Below are positions 19,342 through 28,741 of a stretch of DNA of 45,171 nt, piece by piece. Within the stretch, counting starts at the first letter, position 1. The number at the start of each line of letters is the position of its first letter. This DNA is from an uncultured Planctomycetales bacterium (GTDB taxonomy: Bacteria > Omnitrophota > Gorgyraeia > Zapsychrales > GWA2-47-8), in contig CAYHTV010000003.1 in assembly GCA_964359575.1 (NCBI GenBank), positions 1-45,171 on the forward strand, given 5' to 3'. The position numbers and the translations under genes are program-made. The notes under the pieces were generated by a model, which worked only from the letters and a program-made list of their open reading frames with translations, was not told the DNA's origin and did not search any database.

Positions 19342-21399
19342 ATGAAATTATCACGGATTTTTATTTATATTCTTTTCTGCTCACTCTCGGTATTTCCTGA
19401 TACGTCCCAGGCGAGTTTGGAAAGCGTTAGTTTTATCCAAGAAGTCAATTCCGGACTAGCGAAACCCGTTGATGTGGCTGTTTCCCATTCTGGCACCGAA
19501 GTGTATGTGATTGATGAAGAATCCTCCCGGGTGCTTGTTTTTGAATCCGATGGCACCCTGCGCTTAAGTTTTGGCGAGCGGGGCTTGCAGTCAGGCCAGC
19601 TGAATAAACCACGCGCGCTGGCGGTCTCGCCAGCTGATAAAATTATCGTGGCTGATACGGGCAACAATCGTTTACAAATTTTTAATAAAGCCGGCGAATT
19701 TATTTCTCAATTTGGAAGTTTGGGATCTCTGCCTGGGCAGTTGAATGCTCCTTTGGGTGTAGCGGTGGACCAGTTTGGTTTTATTTTTGTGGCTGATACC
19801 GGCAACCGGCGCGTTGAAATTTTCAGCCCCAACGGCGTATTTTTGGGAATGTTTGATACGGAATTTCATCCAGTGGACATTGGTATTGACGCACAGCGTA
19901 ATCTTTATGTGCTGCTTCCAGAGGCAGGAAAAATTGTTAAATATTCTTCCGCGGGAATAAAACTGCAGGAGATTTCGGGCGCCGTCCATAAGCACAATTA
20001 TTTAAGCCGGGCGAACGGTTTAGCGGTTGACAGCCGCGGGGATATTTATATCACCGAAGGCGCACAGCAGAGCATTAAAAAAATCGATAGCGACAGCACG
20101 CTTCTTTTATCATTCGGATCGGCGGGGAGCGGACGGGGACAATTTGACGGTGCTGCCGGCATTACTGCGGATATACAGGGACAGATTTTTATTGCCGATA
20201 TGAAAAACAGACGTGTTCAAATTTTCAAAATCACCGGAAGTAAAAAAAAATTTATCCCCGCGGCGGTTAACTCACCGCCAGTCGTGGATTTTGATTCGGT
20301 CATTGAAACCGAGGAGTCGCTCGTTGATTTGTTCTCGATCCCCGGGCGAGGGTTGTTTGCACTTTCGGATAGAGGGGCGCAGGTTTTGTTATACGGGCAT
20401 ACGCACAATATTTTTGGTAAAGAAGGAACAAATGCCGGTGAATTTAAAAAACCGATGTCGCTGAGCGCTGCTCTCAATGGCAAGGTTTTTGTCGCTGATA
20501 CCGGTAATCACCGGGTGCAAATTTTTAATTTGGATGGCGCAATGCTGTACGAATTTGGGAAAAGCGGAAGCAAGGCGGGTCAATTCAACTTTCCGCAGGG
20601 CGTGGCCGTCAATAGCAAAGGAAAAATTTTTGTGGCAGACACGCACAATAATCGTATTCAAGTTTTTAATCATGATGGGATTTATCTTGCGGCATTCGGC
20701 GGCCGCAGTGGAGGCGCGACAGCCAGTGGTCCGCCAAGCGAATTGCGATCCCCCAAAGTTTTAGCGGTTGATTCGCATGATCAAATTTTTGTCCTTGAAA
20801 CGGAGAGTAATCAAATTAAGATTTTCAGTGAAACGGGAAATTTTTTGGCAGCATTCGGCGAAAAGGGCAGTGGCCCGGGACAGTTTGATCGGCCGGTGGA
20901 TATCATCTTGGATGAGAATGACAATCTTTACGTGGCGGATGCCGGGAACAACCGGGTTCAGATTTTTAGTCCAAAACGAAATTTTATTCTCGCGTTTGGC
21001 TCTTTTGGCAAGGAAATTGGGGCATTTGAGAATCTCTCGGCAGTCGCAGCCTCGGAAGGGCGGATTTTTGTTGCGGATTATAAAGCGAAGCAGGTTGAGG
21101 TCTTCCGGTATTTTCCGGATGGATTGATAAAACCGTTGCGGATTTACGCTACCAAAACTGCGTACCCCTCAGATGACCCAGAGGTAAATGATGTGGCGAA
21201 ATACACATTAGCCCAAGAGGCAGCCGCCGGCGCAGCAAGGAAGGAATTGACCGCAGGTTTTGGATTTCGGGAAGAATATCTCAAACAATTTATCAAAATC
21301 GAATCGGTCGAAATCCTAAACGACGGACAGGTTAAAGTGACGGTCAGCGCACCTAAAAATATTCCACCGGAAAAAAAGCCGATAAAGAAGAGAAAGTAA
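19342..21399 (+). CDS. Secreted NHL-repeat (double beta-propeller) protein
   Basis: Many GQF/L-x-x-P-x-GVAV...IFVADTGNxRVQIF repeats; signal peptide from ATG 19342. Confidence 0.9.
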   Translation: MKLSRIFIYILFCSLSVFPDTSQASLESVSFIQEVNSGLAKPVDVAVSHSGTEVYVIDEESSRVLVFESDGTLRLSFGERGLQSGQLNKPRALAVSPADKIIVADTGNNRLQIFNKAGEFISQFGSLGSLPGQLNAPLGVAVDQFGFIFVADTGNRRVEIFSPNGVFLGMFDTEFHPVDIGIDAQRNLYVLLPEAGKIVKYSSAGIKLQEISGAVHKHNYLSRANGLAVDSRGDIYITEGAQQSIKKIDSDSTLLLSFGSAGSGRGQFDGAAGITADIQGQIFIADMKNRRVQIFKITGSKKKFIPAAVNSPPVVDFDSVIETEESLVDLFSIPGRGLFALSDRGAQVLLYGHTHNIFGKEGTNAGEFKKPMSLSAALNGKVFVADTGNHRVQIFNLDGAMLYEFGKSGSKAGQFNFPQGVAVNSKGKIFVADTHNNRIQVFNHDGIYLAAFGGRSGGATASGPPSELRSPKVLAVDSHDQIFVLETESNQIKIFSETGNFLAAFGEKGSGPGQFDRPVDIILDENDNLYVADAGNNRVQIFSPKRNFILAFGSFGKEIGAFENLSAVAASEGRIFVADYKAKQVEVFRYFPDGLIKPLRIYATKTAYPSDDPEVNDVAKYTLAQEAAAGAARKELTAGFGFREEYLKQFIKIESVEILNDGQVKVTVSAPKNIPPEKKPIKKRK

Positions 21400-22149
21400 A
21401 TGCGGGCAAAGTTTTTACGAAAAGTTTTGGGATTTTTATTTTTTCTGCCTGCGGGGATGGGGCAGGTCGCCGTGGCCCAGGATGCCGAAACGATCCCGGC
21501 CATGAATACGCTCGTGCCCGCGTTTGAATCATCTGCGCCAAAACGCGCAGCGGAATTACGGCCGTATAAACGGTATTTTGTTGAGTCGGGAATTGTAGAA
21601 TATATTATCAGCGGGACCCAAAGCGGTATCGAAATTGCTTATTTTGACCGTTGGGGCAGACGCGAGGCCAGATATACAAAGTCCGAAGTCGCCGGGTTGG
21701 GATTCTCGAATACTTTGACTATTATTGACGGCGAATGGATTTACACGATTCATTTGGACAAAAAGATCGGCAGTAAAATCAAAAATGAATTACTCATGAA
21801 AGCCCTTGAGGAATCCAGCCCTGAAGATAAGACTCCGCTGGGTGAGAAAATGATGAGTCTAGTTGGCGGAGAAAAAATTGATAACGAGCGGATTGGTGAG
21901 AAAATGTGTGATATTTGGGAAATCAAGCATCAAGGGCAAAAATTTTGGATATGGAATGGGATCCCGCTTAAAAGCGAGCAAAAGACCGCCTTCGTTGATA
22001 CGACGTTTGCGGCGGTGAGCCTGCAGGCGGGAGCCCTGATCTCCGAAGAAAAATTTAAAATCCCGGAAGATATTAATTTTATTGAAGGCAATATTAATGA
22101 TATGTTGTTGAGTTTATTGACCTTTGTAGAACCGAAAGAATTGAGGTAG
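21400..22149 (+). CDS. Exported hypothetical protein (C-terminus supplied by element A)
   Basis: Signal peptide ...AVAQ; beta-rich body; last 10 residues LTFVEPKELR encoded by element A. Confidence 0.75.
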   Translation: MRAKFLRKVLGFLFFLPAGMGQVAVAQDAETIPAMNTLVPAFESSAPKRAAELRPYKRYFVESGIVEYIISGTQSGIEIAYFDRWGRREARYTKSEVAGLGFSNTLTIIDGEWIYTIHLDKKIGSKIKNELLMKALEESSPEDKTPLGEKMMSLVGGEKIDNERIGEKMCDIWEIKHQGQKFWIWNGIPLKSEQKTAFVDTTFAAVSLQAGALISEEKFKIPEDINFIEGNINDMLLSLLTFVEPKELR

Positions 22150-22217
22150 TCAATATTGGCCTTTGTCTCCTCAATGATAAATTCAAATTTTTTTCTTTAG
22201 TTGTACAAAGGCCCATA
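22115..22217 (+). mobile_element. Element A copy overlapping a CDS 3' end
   Basis: 2 substitutions relative to the 6256 copy; TA at both ends. Confidence 0.85.
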
Positions 22218-22236
22218 AAGAAATGGCCGGCTTTCC

Positions 22237-23142
22237 ATGATAGATATCCTTAAAAAAATTAGCCTAACTATTCTTTTGATTTATGCGCTTTTTTTGCCGA
22301 TCCCAGCTTTTGCCTTGATGGAGGGTGAGCGGATTGCTAGTCTTTTTGAGGAACAGGCAGATTCTGTGGTTTTGATCGCTGCCGCACAAAAAAATGATCA
22401 AGAGAACAAATTGGGCAGTGGGTTTGTAGTGAGTGAAGATGGTTTGATTGTTACCAACGCGCATCTGGTAAGTCAGGTGGATAAAATTATTGTTAAGCTG
22501 CGCAATAACCGGGCGTATCGCCATGTGCGTGTCGTTGCTGTTGATGAGGAAAAGGACATTGCCGTATTAAAAATCAACGCGCAGGGATTAAAGGCCGTCA
22601 AAGTAGGCAATAGCAAACATGTTGAGATTGGGCAGAGGGTGGTAACGATCGGCAACCCCTTAGGGTTTGAAGGAACGGTTTCCGATGGGCTCATCAGTTC
22701 GCTGAGGGAAGGCAACAAGGGGTTTAGAATTTTTCAAACGAGTGTTCCATTATCCAATGGCAGCAGCGGCGGGCCTTTGTTTGATCTTAAGGGAAAAGTA
22801 ATTGGGATTACTACTGCCTCGCATTTAAAGGGACAGAATTTGAATTTTGCCGTCCCCATCAATTATGTTAAGCCGCTTTTGCGGCGCGTGCGGCGGCAGA
22901 CGGATCATGCTGTTGACTTTCCGAAACGTTCCTATAAAAGGTTGACGAAAAAATTTTTTCAGCCAGTGATGCCTTTGGCATTAAAGGAAAAAATTGAACC
23001 AGAATTTTATACGGTTCAGCCGGGAGACACTTTATATGGCATCGCGCAAAGATTTGATAAAAGTATGGAAGAAATACGCGTCCGCAACCAACTTACTACA
23101 TCCACCATCAGGGTGGGACAACGATTACGAATGAGTGAATAG
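22237..23142 (+). CDS. Trypsin-like (HtrA-type) serine protease with C-terminal LysM domain
   Basis: GSGF, TNAH, DIAVL, GSSGGPL; LysM YTVQPGDTLYGIA...IRVGQRL. Confidence 0.9.
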   Translation: MIDILKKISLTILLIYALFLPIPAFALMEGERIASLFEEQADSVVLIAAAQKNDQENKLGSGFVVSEDGLIVTNAHLVSQVDKIIVKLRNNRAYRHVRVVAVDEEKDIAVLKINAQGLKAVKVGNSKHVEIGQRVVTIGNPLGFEGTVSDGLISSLREGNKGFRIFQTSVPLSNGSSGGPLFDLKGKVIGITTASHLKGQNLNFAVPINYVKPLLRRVRRQTDHAVDFPKRSYKRLTKKFFQPVMPLALKEKIEPEFYTVQPGDTLYGIAQRFDKSMEEIRVRNQLTTSTIRVGQRLRMSE

Positions 23143-23815
23143 CATGTCGAAAATTGTTTTTGATATCGAAACGGTGGGGCAGGATTTTGGTGTTTTGGAT
23201 AAATCTTCCCAAGAATATTTCCTGAAATTTGCCGAGACTGAGCAGGAAATCGAAGAGGCGAAGAACAGCCTTAATTTTTACCCTTTAACCGCTCAAGTGG
23301 TGGCTATCGGCATGCTGGAAGTGGAAAGTGAGCAAGGCATTGTGTATTTTCAAAATGGCTCACCGCAGAAAGAAAAATTTATTGAAGGGAGTATCACCTA
23401 TATTTCCGGCAATGAAAAAGAGATACTCAGTCATTTTTGGGCCCAGTTGAGCCGTTATGAACAATTTGTCACCTTTAACGGCCGGGTTTTTGATTGCCCG
23501 TTTTTATTGATCCGTTCAGCCATCCAAAAAATTCGAGCGACGAAAAATTTAGTCCCGTATCGCTATGATTATAAGCTGCACATTGATTTAGCCGATCAGT
23601 TAAGTTTTTATGATGCCATGCGCCGTAAGTTTGGCCTGCATATGTGGTGTCAGGCCTTTGGGATTGAAAGCCCCAAACAGGAAGGGATCACGGGACTGCA
23701 AGTTAAGGACTTTTTCAAACAAGGGAAATATCATGATATCGCCCGCTATTGTATGCGGGACATCAAGGCCACCAAAGAGCTGTATTCGCATTGGGAAAAG
23801 TATATTAAGCTTTAG
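23135..23815 (+). CDS. PolB-like/RNase H-fold 3'-5' exonuclease (DEDDy)
   Basis: VFDIET, TFNGRVFDCP, YCMRD. Confidence 0.85.
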   Translation: MNSMSKIVFDIETVGQDFGVLDKSSQEYFLKFAETEQEIEEAKNSLNFYPLTAQVVAIGMLEVESEQGIVYFQNGSPQKEKFIEGSITYISGNEKEILSHFWAQLSRYEQFVTFNGRVFDCPFLLIRSAIQKIRATKNLVPYRYDYKLHIDLADQLSFYDAMRRKFGLHMWCQAFGIESPKQEGITGLQVKDFFKQGKYHDIARYCMRDIKATKELYSHWEKYIKL

Positions 23816-23897
23816 ACGGGCAATTTTTATATTACAACATGAGTGCAAGTAATTGATATATAATATGTTATGAGTATTTATGCATTTTGCCACACCC

Positions 23898-23926
23898 TTG
23901 CCTAGCAGCCTCGCATGTGATATAGT
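23898..23926 (+). promoter_or_regulatory. Sigma70-type promoter for the riboswitch leader
   Basis: TTGCCT-17 nt-TATAGT with extended TG; predicted start just before the aptamer. Confidence 0.65.
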
Positions 23927-23932
23927 TGAAAT

Positions 23933-24083
23933 AAGCCGATAAAGGTAAACCCGGGGAAACCCGGGGACACAAAGCCAACAGGCCTACGTTGCCGCAAAAC
24001 CGGGAAGGCTCACAACCCCGTGGGGTGGGCATAAAAGACAAACGGTGGGAATAGGGGCAATAGGGTGGCTGGGTTGCCGAAGT
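23933..24083 (+). ncRNA. Cyclic di-GMP-I (GEMM) riboswitch with enlarged P3
   Basis: aaaggtaaa-cccgg-ggaaac-ccggg-gacacaaagcc...ggcct...ggtggctgggttgccgaa follows the GEMM-I pattern with a GAAA tetraloop; the G20-equivalent position is G. Confidence 0.85.
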
Positions 24084-24123
24084 GCGATGGGGGGATACAT
24101 CCCTGTCTTTATCGGCTTTTTTA
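24076..24123 (+). terminator. Probable riboswitch expression platform/intrinsic terminator
   Basis: gccga...gggatacatccc...tcggc followed by a T-tract. Confidence 0.55.
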
Positions 24124-24278
24124 TTCTTCCGTAATTCTTGCCATTTCAGCATTTTCTTAAGAAAAATTCCAAAAAATTCCAAAAACACATTCGGTGAAAT
24201 TATTTGAGTATGTTATAATGAGCCCTAATATTTGCTTTTTCTTGACTATCGAATTTTGAATTTAAAGGGAACATTGAG

Positions 24279-24581
24279 ATGAATGAGAAATTTATGCGCG
24301 TTTATAAAAAATTGGACATCAATGATGTTAGAAATCACCTCATGATTTATGGAGATTTATCTGCCAGCTGCGCGAAGTGCAAGACGCTGGATATAAAATT
24401 TGATACTGCGTTGTGCCCCAGCTGTCAGACAGAATTCAAATACCTCGCCTTTCGCAGTATAAAAAATCATATCCTTAAGGTACAAAGGATGATAGAAGAG
24501 CGACCGCAGATTATTTTAGTTGATTACGAAGACTATTCCCGTCTTATCGGTGTCTTGAAGGCAGAAGAGTTTTTAAAATAA
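24279..24581 (+). CDS. Hypothetical zinc-ribbon protein
   Basis: CAKC...CPSC; TGtTATAAT at 24211-24219 upstream. Confidence 0.7.
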   Translation: MNEKFMRVYKKLDINDVRNHLMIYGDLSASCAKCKTLDIKFDTALCPSCQTEFKYLAFRSIKNHILKVQRMIEERPQIILVDYEDYSRLIGVLKAEEFLK

Positions 24582-24603
24582 CTAAATTTAATAAGAATTT
24601 AAA

Positions 24604-25746
24604 ATGATTCATAAGTCCCGACTCATTTCGCTTACGCAAAAAGTCATCCGATTTAATTCCGTTAATCCTCCGGGGAATGAGCTCGCCCTTTCTAAATTTA
24701 TTGAAAAAGATATGCGGTCTTTGCGATTGGAGGTTAAAACCTATTCATTCGCAAAAAGCCGTCCTAATGTTGTTGCTGCGCTGAAAGGAAATCTGCCGCG
24801 TAGGCAAGCCGCCCAAGCGGCCATTTTAGTTACGCCGCATTTTGATACTGTCCCTATTGGCACGGGGTGGAAATTCGATCCGCTAGGCGGACAAATTTAT
24901 AACGGCCGGATTTATGGACGCGGGGCAAGCGATGATAAAGGAAATCTGGCGTGCTGCCTGGAAGTGATGCGCAGTCTCGTTGAGGATCGTGTCCGTTTGC
25001 GCAAGGATATTATTATGGCGGCGACCGTTGATGAAGAAACCGGAAGCCATTGCGGGATCATCCCGCTTTTGGACAAAAAGATTTTGCGGCCACAGGCGGC
25101 TTTGATCATGGATTCCGATGAGTTTGATACGATTATTGCGCAAAAGGGTTTGCTGCATTTACGAATTCAGATTTTCGGAAAAAAGGCGCACGGCGCTTAT
25201 AATTGGCGTGGGGTCAATTCGATTGAGCTCGCTGCTAAAGTTATTGAAAAATTGAAAGCGCATCAATTTGCATTCAAAAGTCATCCTTTTTTACATGCGC
25301 CAACGAAGAATATTGGCACCGTGCGTGGGGGCGATAAGGTCAATATGGTGGCGGATTTTTGCGAATTTTCGTTGGACACGCGATTTTTGCCAGGCATGCA
25401 GGATAAAAAGGTGCTGGAAGAAATTACCGGTATTGTCGCCAGTGTGGCTAAAAAATTTAAAATCGAAATTGATGATCTGCAGCAACCATATGAAATCGAT
25501 CGCCGCCACCAGCTTGTAAAAACTTATGTGGATACGGCCAGGCGGATGGGGTTTCGGGCTCGTTTTAAGGGGAGTGAGGGGGCTACCGTGATCACATTTT
25601 TTAAAAAATATGGAATTCCGGCGTTTGCTACCGGGTATGGCTCTTGCGGTACCGCGCATACCACTGACGAATATGTGAAGATAAATGATCTTTATAATGG
25701 GTCACGGCTTTTGGAGCAATTTCTAAAGAGTTACGATAATCTATGA
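24604..25746 (+). CDS. M20 metallopeptidase (ArgE/DapE family)
   Basis: HFDTVP, YGRGASDDKG, VDEETG, AHTTDEY. Confidence 0.92.
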   Translation: MIHKSRLISLTQKVIRFNSVNPPGNELALSKFIEKDMRSLRLEVKTYSFAKSRPNVVAALKGNLPRRQAAQAAILVTPHFDTVPIGTGWKFDPLGGQIYNGRIYGRGASDDKGNLACCLEVMRSLVEDRVRLRKDIIMAATVDEETGSHCGIIPLLDKKILRPQAALIMDSDEFDTIIAQKGLLHLRIQIFGKKAHGAYNWRGVNSIELAAKVIEKLKAHQFAFKSHPFLHAPTKNIGTVRGGDKVNMVADFCEFSLDTRFLPGMQDKKVLEEITGIVASVAKKFKIEIDDLQQPYEIDRRHQLVKTYVDTARRMGFRARFKGSEGATVITFFKKYGIPAFATGYGSCGTAHTTDEYVKINDLYNGSRLLEQFLKSYDNL

Positions 25747-26453
25747 AGCCGATCATCTGCTTAAAATGGGTGGTCATCCTTGCAGTTTTTTTCTTTGAGG
25801 CAGGATCGGCGCAGGCCCAAAATTCTCCTTTTCCCTTTCCGGCAGATGAGATCATCACGTATGCCATTAAGAAATTTGGGGTGAAGGTGGGTGAGGCAAG
25901 CCTTAGCTTTAGGGGCTTAGAAAAAATAGAGGCGCGGGATTTGTACCGTATTACTTTTGTTGCCAATGCCCCAAATTTCTTCGATCAGGAAGAAATTTTC
26001 GTGGATCCGGTGACATTGTATCCCTTTATGGTGAAGCGGAATTTGAATATTTTTGGAAAAAGGGAAAAGATTACGGAAAAATATGATTTGAACACGGGAG
26101 AAATTAAAATTGTTAAGGATGCGGGTGGAAAAACTTCCGAACAAATCCTGAAGGGAAAAACAAAGGTTGATAATATTTATTGTTTTCTTTACCGTTTTCG
26201 CATCCAGGGAGATGTCCAGAAGGGTTTGACCTTTACCATGCAATTGCCAACGAAGAATGTGCGGATTGCCGTCAAGGATAAAACGCGTTTAAAAATTACG
26301 GATCGCACCTACGAGGCGATTTACTTAGAGAGCGACCCTAAAGAATACAAGATATGGTTCGATACAAGCCCGCGGATGATTCCGCTGCGTATTGACGGGG
26401 CCATGGGTATCGTCAGCACTGCCCTCGTCCTCACGGGATATAAAAAGCCATAA
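25743..26453 (+). CDS. DUF3108-like exported protein
   Basis: Signal peptide; EIITY...GVKVGEA start; IWFDTSPRMIPLRI near the end. Confidence 0.6.
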   Translation: MKPIICLKWVVILAVFFFEAGSAQAQNSPFPFPADEIITYAIKKFGVKVGEASLSFRGLEKIEARDLYRITFVANAPNFFDQEEIFVDPVTLYPFMVKRNLNIFGKREKITEKYDLNTGEIKIVKDAGGKTSEQILKGKTKVDNIYCFLYRFRIQGDVQKGLTFTMQLPTKNVRIAVKDKTRLKITDRTYEAIYLESDPKEYKIWFDTSPRMIPLRIDGAMGIVSTALVLTGYKKP

Positions 26454-26487
26454 TTTTTGACAGACCAAATGAAGTGTGATTTAATGT

Positions 26488-26572
26488 AAATTTTGAAATC
26501 TTAAATACTAAATTCGAAACAATTTCGAAATTAGAAATTCTAATTTGTCTTGTATTTAGTATTCAGAATTTT
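26488..26572. repeat. Periodic ttcgaaa-type hairpin repeat, family D
   Basis: aatactaaat / atttagtatt arms; shares cgaaacaatttcgaaatt with the reverse complement of 35130-35173. Confidence 0.65.
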
Positions 26573-26577
26573 TTTGA

Positions 26578-26670
26578 CAGCATAGGAAAGTATAAAACTT
26601 TCCTAGCTGCTAAAAACTCCTCTCCTATGCAGCAAAGAAGTTACGACGAACGAAGTGAGGAGTTTTCTTG
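26578..26670 (+). mobile_element. Element B copy upstream of trpB
   Basis: Identical to the 15082-15174 copy. Confidence 0.85.
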
Positions 26671-26681
26671 GAGGGGTTTTC

Positions 26682-27863
26682 ATGAGGACTATCCCAGACA
26701 AAAAGGGACATTTTGGTGAGTTTGGAGGGAGATTCGTTCCAGAGACGCTCATGTCGATGCTGGAAGAATTGGAAAAGGAATTCTTCCACCTTAAAAAAGA
26801 CAAAAAATTCCAGAAGGAATTTCATTTCTACCTTCAAGAGTACGCGGGTCGTCCGACCAATCTTTACTTTGCTCAGCGTTTAAGCGGGCATCTTAAAACA
26901 CTTAAGGTGTATTTTAAGCGTGAGGATATGCTCCACACCGGCGCGCATAAAATCAATAACACACTTGGCCAAATTCTCATCGCCAAGCGCATGGGCAAAC
27001 GGCGTATCATTGCCGAAACCGGCGCGGGACAGCATGGCGTTGCGACGGCCACCGCGGCCGCCTTGTTTGGGTTGCCATGTCGGGTTTATATGGGCATGGA
27101 AGACATCGAGCGCCAAGCCTTGAATGTCTCTCGTATGAAATTATTGGGCGCGGAAGTTTTTCCGGTGAACAGCGGTTCTCAAACGCTTAAGGATGCGATG
27201 AACGAAGCGATCCGCGATTGGGTGACCCATGTGCGCGATACTTTTTATGTGATTGGCTCGGTGGCGGGACCGCATCCGTATCCGCTTTTGGTGCGGGAAT
27301 TTCAATCCGTTATCGGGAAGGAAGCCCGCAAACAATTTATAAAAAAAGAAAAGCGATTGCCGGATTATTTGGTGGCATGTGTCGGCGGGGGCAGCAATGC
27401 GATGGGTTTGTTTCATCCCTTTTTTAAAGACAAAAGTGTCAAAATGATCGGTGTGGAAGCCGCCGGTGAAGGCCTAAAAACCGGCAAACATGCGGCGGCA
27501 ATTGCGGGCGGCCAAATTGGAGTGCTGCATGGCAGCAAAAGCAATCTTTTGCAGACCGCCGATGGCCAGGTCAAAATTGCGCACTCCATCGCCGCTGGAT
27601 TAGATTATCCTGGGGTCGGGCCGGAGCATGCGTATTACAAAAGAATCGGACGGGCACAGTATACTGCGGTCACCGATAAGGAAGCGTTGCAGGGGCTCAC
27701 TTTGCTTTCCCAAATGGAGGGAATCATCCCGGCGCTTGAAACCGCCCATGCCATTCATTATTTGGAAAAATTAGCTAAAAAAATTCGAAAATCAGCGACA
27801 GTCATTGTCTGTCTTTCCGGTCGGGGTGATAAGGATATGACGATCATTAGAAATGTACTATAG
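26682..27863 (+). CDS. trpB: Tryptophan synthase beta chain
   Basis: [39 protein letters not shown]. Confidence 0.98.
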   Translation: MRTIPDKKGHFGEFGGRFVPETLMSMLEELEKEFFHLKKDKKFQKEFHFYLQEYAGRPTNLYFAQRLSGHLKTLKVYFKREDMLHTGAHKINNTLGQILIAKRMGKRRIIAETGAGQHGVATATAAALFGLPCRVYMGMEDIERQALNVSRMKLLGAEVFPVNSGSQTLKDAMNEAIRDWVTHVRDTFYVIGSVAGPHPYPLLVREFQSVIGKEARKQFIKKEKRLPDYLVACVGGGSNAMGLFHPFFKDKSVKMIGVEAAGEGLKTGKHAAAIAGGQIGVLHGSKSNLLQTADGQVKIAHSIAAGLDYPGVGPEHAYYKRIGRAQYTAVTDKEALQGLTLLSQMEGIIPALETAHAIHYLEKLAKKIRKSATVIVCLSGRGDKDMTIIRNVL

Positions 27864-27943
27864 TCACACTTGCCTACCGGCAGGCGGAAAAGTTTAAAAC
27901 ATTTGTGACCTTGTGACGTGTGACTTTGTGACCCGTGACTTTT
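27862..27943. repeat. gtcac/gtgac periodic repeat containing the short palindrome gcctaccggcaggc
   Basis: Five tandem gtgac units at 7-8 nt period just before the trpA ATG. Confidence 0.65.
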
Positions 27944-27946
27944 ATT

Positions 27947-28741
27947 ATGAATCGCATTACTCAAAAATTCCAAGAATTAAGGAGGCGAAAGAAAAAGGCC
28001 TTCATCGGTTTTCTCACCGCGGGCGATCCGAGCTTGCAAGTCACGGAGCAGCTGGTTTTATCCTTTGAAAAGGTTGGCGTGGATATCATTGAATTAGGCG
28101 TGCCTTTTTCCGACCCTTTGGCGGATGGTAAAACCATTCAGGCCGCTTCTGAGCGCGCGCTGGCCCAGCATGTTACGCTGGATAAAATTTTGCAGCTAGT
28201 CAAGCGCCTGCGCGCTCATTCGCAAATTCCCATTGCCTTAATGACGTATTACAATCCGATTTTTCATTTTGGAGAGGAAAAATTTATTTCCAATGCCCAA
28301 GAGGCTGGTGTAGATGGGATAATTATTCCTGATCTGCCACCGGAAGAAGCCAGCGTCTTAATACGAGCGTCGCGCGCCAAGAAAATAGCGACGATTTTCT
28401 TTTTGTCGCCGACAACCGATAAAGAGCGGATTAAAAGAATCGCCACTGCCTCCCGCGGATTTATTTATTATGTCTCAATGACCGGTGTGACCGGAACCGC
28501 GCAGATGATTTTTACGGATGAAATAAAAAAACAGATTGAATTGGCGCGAAAATTAACACAGAAGCCGATCTGTGTGGGGTTTGGGGTCTCTACGCTTTCC
28601 GACATCAGGGCGATTTTGGAAATTGCCGATGGCGTGATTGTCGGAAGCGCCATCATTAAAGAAATTGTGAGGCATAAAGGCAAGAAAAATATTGTGCGAA
28701 ACGTCAGCCGTTTTGTTGGACAATTAGCTAAGGTGGTGTAG
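27947..28741 (+). CDS. trpA: Tryptophan synthase alpha chain
   Basis: TAGDP, ELGVPFSDPLADG, GVTG, VGFG, DGVIVGSA. Confidence 0.97.
   Translation: MNRITQKFQELRRRKKKAFIGFLTAGDPSLQVTEQLVLSFEKVGVDIIELGVPFSDPLADGKTIQAASERALAQHVTLDKILQLVKRLRAHSQIPIALMTYYNPIFHFGEEKFISNAQEAGVDGIIIPDLPPEEASVLIRASRAKKIATIFFLSPTTDKERIKRIATASRGFIYYVSMTGVTGTAQMIFTDEIKKQIELARKLTQKPICVGFGVSTLSDIRAILEIADGVIVGSAIIKEIVRHKGKKNIVRNVSRFVGQLAKVV

Noticed and set aside
23868-24188. 106-aa minus-strand ORF
   Set aside because: Shadow of the riboswitch; no protein features
26574-26597. Element B as a mobile sigma70 promoter (TTGACA...TATAAA)
   Set aside because: The spacer is only 11 nt and TTGACA is present in one copy only
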